DNA of 51,953 nucleotides from an uncultured Solibacteraceae bacterium (lineage in GTDB: Bacteria > Acidobacteriota > Terriglobia > Bryobacterales > Bryobacteraceae), in contig CAZWDD010000002.1 of the NCBI GenBank assembly GCA_964632345.1, forward strand, positions 4,827 to 56,779. Direction: 5' to 3'. Both the position numbers and the translations under genes were made by a program. Of this stretch, positions 43,192 through 51,288 are shown piece after piece. Below the pieces are notes generated by a model that worked only from the letters and a program-made list of their open reading frames with translations, was not told the DNA's origin and searched no databases. The stretch's first letter is position 1, and every line of letters begins with the position of its first letter.

Positions 43192-45234
43192 GTGAGCACA
43201 CCGTTAGGAGTGTCAATCCGCCGGCGCGAGGGCCCGGCCAAGTTGAGCGGGCGGGCGATGTATGTGGACGATGTGCCGTTCGCGGACATGCTCTATGGGG
43301 TGACGGTCCGTTCCACGCTGGCCCGCGGCCGCATCCGCGCCATCCATTTCGACCCTTCCTTCCCTTGGGCCGAGTGCATCGTCGTCACGGCGCGCGACCT
43401 GCCCGGCCCGAACCTCATCCCCGGCCTCGCTGATGATCAACCCTGCCTGGCCGCGGCGGAAATCCATCACGCCGCCCAGCCCGTTGTTCTGATTGCTCAC
43501 CGCGACCGCTACATGGCCGAACGCGCGCGCCAATCGGTGACCATCGACTGCGATCCGCTGCCGCCCGTCTTCGACCCCGAAGCCGCAACCGAGTGCTTCA
43601 AAACCATCCTCATTGAGAAGGGCGACCTGGCGGCCGGATTCGCCGGCGCCGCCCACGTGGTGGAGGGCGTCTACACCACGGCGGCGCAGGAGCACGCCTA
43701 CCTGGAGACGCAGGGCATGGCGGCGCGCGTGGAAGGCGGCACCGTCCTTGTCTGGGGGTCCATGCAGTGCCCCTACTACGTCCACCGCGCCGTGGAGCAG
43801 GTGCTGGCCCCGCTGCATGCGCGGGTCATTCAACTCGAAACCGGCGGCGGATTCGGCGGCAAGGAGGAGTACCCGTCGGTGATTGCCGTTCACACGGCGC
43901 TGCTGGCCGCCCGCGCCGCCGGCGCCACCGTGAAGATGATTTATAGCCGCGCCGAGGACATGGCCGCCACAACGAAGCGCCACCCGTCCCGCGTCCGCCA
44001 CCGCACGGCCGTCGATGCGGCGGGCCGCCTGATGGCGATGGAGATCGACGTTCTGCTCGACGGCGGCGCCTTCACCACCATCTCCCCCGTCGTCCTCTCC
44101 CGCGCCGCCATCCACGCCGCCGGGCCCTACTTCTGCCCGAACATCCGCATCCGCGCCCGCGCCGTACGGACCAACCATCCTCCGCACGGCGCGTTCCGCG
44201 GCTTCGGCGCCCCCCAGACGCAGTTCGCCATGGAGCGGCAGATGGACGAGATCGGACGCGCCACCGCCGCCGGACCCGTCGAAGTCCGGCGGCGCAACTT
44301 CCTGCAACAGGGCCAGACCACCGCCACCGGCCAGCTGCTGCGCGAGCCCATGAATCTGCCCGCGCTCCTCGACGAAGCCATCGCACGCTCCGGCTACGGC
44401 ACACGGCCCGGCATGGGCATCGCCGCCGTCATGCACGGCACCGGCTTCACAGGCACCGGCGAACGCGATCTCCACTCCTCCGTCCGCCTGGAACGTACCA
44501 CCGGCGGCGTGCGCATCGTCACCGCGGCCACCGAGATCGGCCAGGGTTCCCACACCGTGCTGCCGCAGATCGTCGCAGCCGAAATGGGCATCCCGGTGGA
44601 ACATGTGGAGATGGCCCCGCCCGATACGGCCATCGCGCCCGACAGCGGCCCCACCGTGGCCTCTCGCACCACCATGATCGCGGGCGGCCTGCTGGCCGAG
44701 GCGGCGCGCCAGCTGCGCAGCTCCAACGCCGCCAGCGCCACCGTCCACTACTCACCCCCGTCCGGCAGTTCCTTCGACGAAGCCAGCTACACCGGCGACG
44801 CCTACCCTGGCTTCGCCTGGGCCGTGAACGTTGCCACCGTCACCGTGGACCCCGAAACCGGCGAGGCCCACGTCCTGGACCTGGTGGCCGTGCAGGACGC
44901 CGGGCGCATCGTGAACCCGGTGCTGGCGGCCGGACAGGTGGAGGGCGGCGCCGCGCAGGCCATCGGCCTCGCGCTCTTTGAGGAAGTGCGCTACGAAGAC
45001 GGCCGCGTGGCCAACGGCTCCCTGTCCCGGTACATCGTCCCAGGCCCGGCGGATCTGCCGCCCGTGCGGGCCTATTTCCAGGAGGCCACGGCCCGGCCCC
45101 GCGGGCTGGGCGAGTTGCCCATGAACGGGCCCGCGGCGGCTATCGGCAATGCCCTCACCGAACTGCTCGGCGCCCCCGCCGACCAGCTTCCCATGACCCC
45201 GGAAAGGATTCTGGCATGCCTTCCTACAACATGA
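43192..45234 (+). CDS. xanthine-dehydrogenase/aldehyde-oxidase family molybdopterin-binding large subunit
   Basis: 680-aa ORF with a GTG start. It has GRAMYVDDVP, AQEHAYLETQG, ETGGGFGGKE, FRGFGAPQ and a catalytic Glu context (PRGLGELPMNG). Confidence 0.9.
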   Translation: MSTPLGVSIRRREGPAKLSGRAMYVDDVPFADMLYGVTVRSTLARGRIRAIHFDPSFPWAECIVVTARDLPGPNLIPGLADDQPCLAAAEIHHAAQPVVLIAHRDRYMAERARQSVTIDCDPLPPVFDPEAATECFKTILIEKGDLAAGFAGAAHVVEGVYTTAAQEHAYLETQGMAARVEGGTVLVWGSMQCPYYVHRAVEQVLAPLHARVIQLETGGGFGGKEEYPSVIAVHTALLAARAAGATVKMIYSRAEDMAATTKRHPSRVRHRTAVDAAGRLMAMEIDVLLDGGAFTTISPVVLSRAAIHAAGPYFCPNIRIRARAVRTNHPPHGAFRGFGAPQTQFAMERQMDEIGRATAAGPVEVRRRNFLQQGQTTATGQLLREPMNLPALLDEAIARSGYGTRPGMGIAAVMHGTGFTGTGERDLHSSVRLERTTGGVRIVTAATEIGQGSHTVLPQIVAAEMGIPVEHVEMAPPDTAIAPDSGPTVASRTTMIAGGLLAEAARQLRSSNAASATVHYSPPSGSSFDEASYTGDAYPGFAWAVNVATVTVDPETGEAHVLDLVAVQDAGRIVNPVLAAGQVEGGAAQAIGLALFEEVRYEDGRVANGSLSRYIVPGPADLPPVRAYFQEATARPRGLGELPMNGPAAAIGNALTELLGAPADQLPMTPERILACLPTT

Positions 45235-45659
45235 CCGTCAACGGCGAGCCGCGCACGGCCGAAGCCTGGCCGATGGAGCGGCTGCTCGACGTGCTGCGGC
45301 GCGACATGGGGCTCACCGGCGTCAAGGAAGGCTGCGGCGAAGGAGAATGCGGCGCCTGCGCCGTGCTGCTCGACGGGCAGTTGGTGAACGCCTGCCTGGT
45401 CCCGGCCGCGCAGGCCGAAGGCGCGTCCATCACCACCATCGAAGGACTGGCGAACCCGCGCCTCCAGGAGGCCTTCCTCGAACTCGGCGGAACGCAGTGC
45501 GGTTTCTGCACACCAGGCATGTTGCTGGCCGCCGAAGCGCTGCTGCGGGCGAATCCGCATCCGTCCGATACGGAGATCCGCACCGCGCTCGGCGGCAATC
45601 TTTGCCGCTGCACGGGCTACATGGGCATAGTGGCGGCAGTGCGGAGAGTGGCCGAATGA
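45231..45659 (+). CDS. (2Fe-2S)-binding small subunit of the molybdenum hydroxylase
   Basis: The track start is 45216. I prefer ATG 45231 (MTVNGEPR), which forms an ATGA overlap with the large-subunit stop. The cluster motifs are CGEGECGACAV, CGFCTPG and CRCTGY. Confidence 0.9.
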   Translation: MTVNGEPRTAEAWPMERLLDVLRRDMGLTGVKEGCGEGECGACAVLLDGQLVNACLVPAAQAEGASITTIEGLANPRLQEAFLELGGTQCGFCTPGMLLAAEALLRANPHPSDTEIRTALGGNLCRCTGYMGIVAAVRRVAE

Positions 45660-46519
45660 GGAGCTACGTACCAGACTTTGAAATGGCCACGCCGCTCGAC
45701 ATCGCGGCGGCGCTGCGCCTGCTGGCCGAAGGCGCGCGGCCCTTCGCCGGCGGCACCGATCTGATGGTGGAACTGGAGGCCGGCACGCTCCGCGGGCGGC
45801 GTTTTGTCAACCTCTGGCCGCTGGCGGAACTGCGCGGCGTCACCCCCGGCGCTGACCGGCTGCGGATCGGCGCGCTGACCACCTATACGGACCTGCTGGC
45901 CAGCGACGCCATCCACCGCGAGTACCCGATGCTGGCCGCCGCAGCCCGTGAAACCGGCAGCGTGGCGATTCAGAACCGCGGCACGCTCGGCGGCAACCTC
46001 GCCAACGCATCGCCAGCGGCCGATTCGCCCCCCGTGCTGCTCGCCTATGACGCCGAAGTGGAGCTGTGGTCGGAGACGGGCCGGCGCGTGGTTCCCTACG
46101 AAACGTTCCATTGCGGGTACAAACAGACGGCGCTGCGGGAAGGCGAATTGATCGCCGCCATCCTGTTGCCGCCGCGCGCCGCCCGGCCCGATGGCGCCTG
46201 GCGCGAACGCTTCCGCAAGGTGGGCGCGCGGCGGGCGCAGGCCATCGCCAAGCTCAGCCTCGCCGCCGTGGCGTGCGTGGAAGGCGGGGTGCTCCGCGAA
46301 CTTCGCATTGCCTTCGGCAGCATGGGCCCCGTGCCGCTGCGCTGCCGCCACATGGAGGCGGCCATCCTGGCCGGCCATCCGCCGCCATTCGACGAACTGA
46401 CCCCGGTGGATGACTTCCGTTCCACCGCCGCCTACCGCCTCCGCGTCGCGCGGAATCTGCTCGAAACGTTTCTGCGCGAATACGTGATGGAGTCCGGCGT
46501 GGGTTCTCGCGTAGACTGA
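45656..46519 (+). CDS. FAD-binding medium subunit of the molybdenum hydroxylase
   Basis: Track ORF 45347..46519 trimmed to ATG 45656, which forms an ATGA overlap with the small-subunit stop. The product is MRSYVPDFEMATPL..., with AGGTDLMVE and IQNRGTLGGNLANASPAADS. Confidence 0.88.
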   Translation: MRSYVPDFEMATPLDIAAALRLLAEGARPFAGGTDLMVELEAGTLRGRRFVNLWPLAELRGVTPGADRLRIGALTTYTDLLASDAIHREYPMLAAAARETGSVAIQNRGTLGGNLANASPAADSPPVLLAYDAEVELWSETGRRVVPYETFHCGYKQTALREGELIAAILLPPRAARPDGAWRERFRKVGARRAQAIAKLSLAAVACVEGGVLRELRIAFGSMGPVPLRCRHMEAAILAGHPPPFDELTPVDDFRSTAAYRLRVARNLLETFLREYVMESGVGSRVD

Positions 46520-46529
46520 CACTACACCC

Positions 46530-47906
46530 ATGGCTGCCCCGCGCCCCATCTCCACGCCCGGAAAGTGCGGATGCACCGGCATCCACCCGGGTGCGGACAT
46601 CCTGCCCGTCATCGCGGCCCCAGACCAGACGGGCGGCAAGATCCGCAACACCATCCGCATGGACCTCATCTCCATCGCCTGCTGGCGTTTGGATGACACG
46701 GGCTTCGAGTTCGGCTCCTCCTTCGTGCGTTCCGATACGAAGGACGACTTCGCTTCGCTCGCCAGACTGCGGGACCAGTATCCCGGCGCACCCATGTCCG
46801 TCTTCGGCCACGCCGATCCGGTCGGGGACGACGCCTTCAACAAGCAACTCAGCGGACGCCGTGCGCAATCGATCTACGCCGTGCTCGTGCGCGACACGGC
46901 CATCTGGGAGACCCTCTACCAGGCTGCCGGCAGCGCCGAGGGCTGGGGCCAGGGCTCCATCACCCACATGCTCACCGCGCTCGGCTACGACGCCGCCGCC
47001 GGCTACTCCGCCGCCGTGCAACAGTTCCAGCAGGACCACGCCCTGCAGCCTGTGGATGGCATCGCCGGCACGCAGACGAGGGCGAAGCTCTTCGCCGCCT
47101 ACATGGGCTACCTGTGCCCAGCCCAATGGACCAAGAGCGACTTCCTCGGCGCCGGCGCCGACTCCGGCGGCAAGGGTGACTACCAGGGCTGCGGCGAGTT
47201 CAATCCACAACGCGTCTTCTCGCAGGAGGAGGAGCAGCGTTTCCTCCAGGCCGAGCACAAGGCGGAACGGAATGAGTTAAACGCCATCAACCGCCGCGTC
47301 GTCATTTTCCTGTTCCGCCCCGGCACCGTGGTCACCCCCGCCAAATGGCCCTGCCCGCGGTCGAGCGAAGGTACCACCGGATGCGTGAAGCGGCAGTGGT
47401 CCGACGGAACAACGCGGCGCTCCGCGCAGGCCGAACGCCGCGAATTCGGCGAGACGCAGGACACCTTTGCCTGCCGCTTCTACCACCGCCTGGCCGCGGT
47501 CTCCCCCTGCGAAGGCGTGGAGCCGAAGCTGGTGGAGCTGATCATCCCGCTCGAAGAGGACCTCGACGACGACCCCTACGAACCGGACCGCGTCCGCCTC
47601 CGCCAACTCGACGGCGGCTACCAGAGCGAACTCGTCGAGGGCGGCCCCGACGTGCGGCAGGATGGCAAGCATCCGCTGCACTACTACCATTTCCACCAGG
47701 TGCCGCCGGGGCTCTACACCGTCGAGGTGTGGACGCACGAGCACTGGCACACGGTCCTCGACGGTCTGACGGTTTCAACGGCGGGAGCCTTCCTCGGCCA
47801 GCAGTCGGTCGAAGCCTCGACCACGGGCGAGGACATGGGCACGCCGGAAGAGTGGATCGTCGACGAACTGCTGGAAGAAGAAGAACTCGACATGGGCTGC
47901 TGCTGA
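46530..47906 (+). CDS. OmpA-like / peptidoglycan-binding domain protein without a recognisable signal peptide
   Basis: 458-aa ORF whose ATG lies 10 nt after the previous stop. It has an OmpA_C-like N-part (FEFGSSFV...VFGHADPVGDDAFNKQLSGRRAQSIYAVL) and a PG_binding_1-like segment (ITHMLTALGYD..AAVQQFQQDHALQPVDGIAGTQTRAKLF). The OmpA closing motif NRRVVIFL comes next, then a Cys/His-rich region and an acidic tail ending MGCC. Confidence 0.75.
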   Translation: MAAPRPISTPGKCGCTGIHPGADILPVIAAPDQTGGKIRNTIRMDLISIACWRLDDTGFEFGSSFVRSDTKDDFASLARLRDQYPGAPMSVFGHADPVGDDAFNKQLSGRRAQSIYAVLVRDTAIWETLYQAAGSAEGWGQGSITHMLTALGYDAAAGYSAAVQQFQQDHALQPVDGIAGTQTRAKLFAAYMGYLCPAQWTKSDFLGAGADSGGKGDYQGCGEFNPQRVFSQEEEQRFLQAEHKAERNELNAINRRVVIFLFRPGTVVTPAKWPCPRSSEGTTGCVKRQWSDGTTRRSAQAERREFGETQDTFACRFYHRLAAVSPCEGVEPKLVELIIPLEEDLDDDPYEPDRVRLRQLDGGYQSELVEGGPDVRQDGKHPLHYYHFHQVPPGLYTVEVWTHEHWHTVLDGLTVSTAGAFLGQQSVEASTTGEDMGTPEEWIVDELLEEEELDMGCC

Positions 47907-47915
47907 GAGGGAACG

Positions 47916-50174
47916 ATGGGAACTTCGGTGCCGGTAGAGTTGAAGCCGATTGTGCGCATCCGCGTGCGCTGCAAGGAGGATCATAAGGACCCCTGGCTGC
48001 GGCGGCTCTACGTGGTGTGGGCGCCGCTGCCTCCCATGGCCGATGCGGCTCTGTTCTCCGTCGCGCAGTCCGACAGCCTGGGCTACCTCTCGCCGCCCCT
48101 TAACGACCTGGACCCCACGCCCGACAAGAGCATTCCACTCGTTGTCGATGTCGACTACCAGTTCTACTTCGTTCGCTATCCGGACGCCTCGTTCGCCAAC
48201 AGCCTGGCGCAGGAACTGAACACCGTTGCCGGCGCGAAAAGGAAGTGGGGCGAGCCGCGCGTGTTGCGGGCGGTGCTGACGCAGACCGGTGTGGACAAGA
48301 AAAAGAAGCCCATCCTCGAAGGCGTAATCTCACTCGATGAGGACCCGGCGTGGTTCCTGCCGCAGGGCAGCCCGCAGTACGGCAACTGGCTGCTGTTCCG
48401 CGATATGCCGGGAACGGGATCGAACAAGAAGGATGCCGACATTCAGTGCCGGCCGCTGTTTCAACAGGTGCGCCGGCTGCAGTTCCACCTCGGCCGCCTG
48501 CGCTATCCCGTCGGCAATCAGTGGCACCCCTACTCCCCGGAACCGGCCATGGATGCCAAGGGGCGCACCAAGTACCAGCTCTACCCCAACGAAGGCGTCT
48601 TTGACGTCTGCCTGTGGAATGCCGTGCTGCTGTTCCAACGAAACGCGCGCGCCGGCGAAGCCATCAAGCTGGACCCTGCCAAGCCGCGCGTCCCCACGCT
48701 GGCGGCCGGGTCGCTCGATCCCCTGCCCGCCGCCGCCGACGCGCATGTGGAAATCCGGGACTCGCTGCAATATGTCAGCGACATCGACGCCAGCCCTGGC
48801 GAAGCCTTCGCCGCCATCCCCGACCCGCAAACCGCCATCGTCGACACCTCCACCGCCGATGCCATCAAGCAGTGGCTGACGAAGGACTTTCGCAAGCCGG
48901 GCAAGGTGCTGGTTTCGCGGCCCGAGTGGATCCCGTGGATCTCCTGGATGCAGGAGGATGCCTACTCCGTCATCGAACAACTGGCCGCGGAACTCACCCG
49001 GCTCCATGTCGATTTCACCAATGGCTTCCAGGTGAACAACGGTTTCCGCGATACCCGCATGAGCGTCACCGTGGCCGGCGCCGGGCAGGCCATCTACTCC
49101 ATCCACAAGTCCGGATTCGCCTTCGACATGGCGATGCAGGATTACGTGGCGCCGCGCACCGATGCGCCGCTCTACTTCGAAAAGGACGAAGCCGCCTCCG
49201 GCAAGCGCGTGAAGTGGATTGTCTACGCGCTGGCGAAGGCGGACCAGATCGGCGCCGGACCGTTTGAACCGCATGTGGAGTACAAGGATTCCATCCGGCC
49301 CTGGTTGTACGATCCCACCTCACCCGAAGGCGGCAGCACCCAGCCGGAACTCGTCATCGCGGGCAGGAAGTTCCTGAACTTCACCAAGGTCTGCGACCAC
49401 TTCCTGCTGCGCCGCATCAGCGCGCATGAGACGGGCTGGCAGGGCACCAACGCGGTCACTTACACACTCAGCGATGCCGCCGCCCTCGGCGAATTCATCA
49501 ACGGGCTGAAGGCCCACCTGTCCCGCTCCGGCTACACCCCGGAGGCCAAGGCGAAAATCGACGGCACGGAGTTCCCGCTCGCGGACCTGAAGGACCTGCA
49601 GAAGCACCTGGCCGCGTGGCGCCAGGCGACGGCGACGCACAACCCCACGCCAACGGTCCGCGTCGAGCCGTGGACCAAGGAAGGGGCAAAAGTCATCCAG
49701 TCGCTGCGCAGCAAGGCACTGGCCGGGCGGAAGGTGAAGCTCATTGTCGACGGCTACTGGAGCGGCGGAAAAGGCGCCGAGGGCTTCCCGGAGCCGCTGC
49801 CTCCGCCGCCACCGCCAAAGGAAGGCGAGACCCCGCCGGAGCCGCCCGCCGGCCCCGTGGAAGGCACCATCACGCTGAGCTCCAAGGCCGAATTCCCCCT
49901 GAAATTCGCCTTCGTCATGAGCCCCATCACCACGCCCAAGCAGATCACAGCCAGCTCCGTCATCGAACTCGGCGCGCTTGTTGGCCATCCCGCCCATATG
50001 GAGTGGTGGCACTTCCAATATGAGCCGGGCTACAACGGAAAGAAGTGGGGCGAGATTCTGGAACTGATCGGCTGGACGCGGGATGGCCTGCTGGGCCAGG
50101 AGGGCAGCACCGGCTTCCACGGCCTCTACGGGCTGGGCTATCTGCCGGACGGCCTCGACAAGAACGCCACCTGA
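47916..50174 (+). CDS. large M15/LAS-type (VanX/VanY-like) zinc peptidase-related protein with a PG-binding-like segment, no recognisable signal peptide
   Basis: 752-aa ORF with GAGGGA 3 nt upstream of the ATG. SIHKSGFAFD (aa 395-404, nt 49098-49127) matches S-x-H-x-x-G-x-A-x-D. EWWHF (aa 696-700, nt 50001-50015) matches the E-x-x-H motif. VRRLQFHLGRLRY...FDVCLWNAVLLFQRNA resembles PG_binding_1. A poly-Pro linker lies at about aa 625-647. Confidence 0.75.
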   Translation: MGTSVPVELKPIVRIRVRCKEDHKDPWLRRLYVVWAPLPPMADAALFSVAQSDSLGYLSPPLNDLDPTPDKSIPLVVDVDYQFYFVRYPDASFANSLAQELNTVAGAKRKWGEPRVLRAVLTQTGVDKKKKPILEGVISLDEDPAWFLPQGSPQYGNWLLFRDMPGTGSNKKDADIQCRPLFQQVRRLQFHLGRLRYPVGNQWHPYSPEPAMDAKGRTKYQLYPNEGVFDVCLWNAVLLFQRNARAGEAIKLDPAKPRVPTLAAGSLDPLPAAADAHVEIRDSLQYVSDIDASPGEAFAAIPDPQTAIVDTSTADAIKQWLTKDFRKPGKVLVSRPEWIPWISWMQEDAYSVIEQLAAELTRLHVDFTNGFQVNNGFRDTRMSVTVAGAGQAIYSIHKSGFAFDMAMQDYVAPRTDAPLYFEKDEAASGKRVKWIVYALAKADQIGAGPFEPHVEYKDSIRPWLYDPTSPEGGSTQPELVIAGRKFLNFTKVCDHFLLRRISAHETGWQGTNAVTYTLSDAAALGEFINGLKAHLSRSGYTPEAKAKIDGTEFPLADLKDLQKHLAAWRQATATHNPTPTVRVEPWTKEGAKVIQSLRSKALAGRKVKLIVDGYWSGGKGAEGFPEPLPPPPPPKEGETPPEPPAGPVEGTITLSSKAEFPLKFAFVMSPITTPKQITASSVIELGALVGHPAHMEWWHFQYEPGYNGKKWGEILELIGWTRDGLLGQEGSTGFHGLYGLGYLPDGLDKNAT

Positions 50175-50181
50175 TCGGCAG

Positions 50182-51021
50182 CTAGCGGATCTCCATCCAC
50201 AGGCTGCCCCCGCGGTGCGGGACCAACAGCGGCATCCGCGCCGCTACCAGTTCCCGGCGGCACTTGTAGAACCAGTCCGTCAGGAATAGCACCCGCGCCC
50301 GCGCGTTGTTGTGCAGCCAGGCGCGCAGCAGGTACGCCTCGTTCCAGGACCGGTTCTGCCCGGCAATCCAGTCCCGCGGATACTCGAACGGGTAGAAGAT
50401 GTCGTGGATATGGACGTGGACGCCGGGCCGCAGCGCGGGCAGGATGCGGAACAGGTAGTCGAGAACGTCGCTGCCGGTCTTGGCGACGTGTGAGGAGTCG
50501 ATGAAGAGAATGTCGCCCGGCCCCAGCTCCGCGAAGAGGTCCAGCGGGACGTCCTGCAGTTTGGCAGGCAGGATCGCCGCGGCGGCGGGGCCAAGCAGTT
50601 CGCGCGCCAGTTCCGGGTGCGGGTCAATGAAGGTGAACCGCGTCGAGGAGCCCAGGTGCCGCGCGTCGATGTCCAGCGCCGCGCACGACGAGTAACCCGA
50701 GCCCACTTCGATGTAGCGCGCCGGGCGCAAGTGGGCCATCACGGCCAGTAGCGCCAGCGCATCGGCCAGCGGAAAATTGGGGTTGGCGTAGTGGTAGCGG
50801 TGGCCCGTCGCGGGTTGCTCCGGAAACGGGTGGGACAGGTAGTGGCCCGCCATTCGCTCGAACCATTCCAGGAACAGCCGCTCTTCCAGGCCCAGCTCGG
50901 CCAGCGGAGTTTCGGGCGCCGCCTCCAGCGTCATGGCGCGTTCCACGCTCGGGTCGGCCGGGTCGACCAGCGGCGAATAGAAGTGGCCTGGCGGAACCCA
51001 GGTGGCCGGAGTGTCAGACAT
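50182..51021 (-). CDS. class I SAM-dependent methyltransferase
   Basis: Track ORF 50182..51096 trimmed to ATG 51021 (MSDTPATWVPPGHFYSPL). SAM motif I is YIEVGSGYSS, and a downstream acidic motif is ILFIDSSH. Confidence 0.75.
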   Translation of the reverse strand: MSDTPATWVPPGHFYSPLVDPADPSVERAMTLEAAPETPLAELGLEERLFLEWFERMAGHYLSHPFPEQPATGHRYHYANPNFPLADALALLAVMAHLRPARYIEVGSGYSSCAALDIDARHLGSSTRFTFIDPHPELARELLGPAAAAILPAKLQDVPLDLFAELGPGDILFIDSSHVAKTGSDVLDYLFRILPALRPGVHVHIHDIFYPFEYPRDWIAGQNRSWNEAYLLRAWLHNNARARVLFLTDWFYKCRRELVAARMPLLVPHRGGSLWMEIR

Positions 51022-51101
51022 CTCAGCTATGAGCGTAGCAGTCCCACGCTTGCGAAATATTGCTCCTGCGCCCTCAACCCTCCGTCTGTCTATCACTTAC
51101 G

Positions 51102-51258
51102 CCGTCCGCCCGGCCGCTGCGTTCGGCCGCTTTCGCTTGCCGTCCGTGCCAGAATGCGGAAGTGGACGGCGGTTGCCCGCCAGGCGCAGCGGGGACGGCA
51201 AAAAAATCGCAGGACCGTCCCAGAAGTAGTTGAAAACAAAAGACCGCATGTCGGACGG
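51102..51258. repeat. cluster of six CCGTCC / GGACGG hexamers in alternating orientation (two 7-bp-stem hairpins)
   Basis: CCGTCC lies at 51102, 51140 and 51215. GGACGG lies at 51164, 51193 and 51253. GCCGTCC (51139-45) pairs with GGACGGC (51164-70). GGGACGG (51192-98) pairs with CCGTCCC (51215-21). Confidence 0.5.
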
Positions 51259-51275
51259 TCCGACGCAAAAACCGC

Positions 51276-51281
51276 TACAGT
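51276..51281 (+). promoter_or_regulatory. candidate -10 element TACAGT, 7 nt before ATG 51289 (leaderless geometry)
   Basis: The sequence is gcTACAGTag, then ggagg, then ATG. The 11-mer cgctacagtag is shared with 2150-2160. Confidence 0.35.
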
Positions 51282-51288
51282 AGGGAGG

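Noticed and set aside
43152-43433. A GTG-initiated 93-aa ORF lying 8 nt downstream of the TATTTT hexamer (leaderless-type geometry). It overlaps the start of the molybdenum-hydroxylase large-subunit gene out of frame.
   Set aside because: The translation is R/P/G/H-rich junk (…PRPHPRHPFRPFLPLGRVHRRHGARPARPEPHPRPR), consistent with off-frame reading of the real gene. The geometry is probably coincidental.
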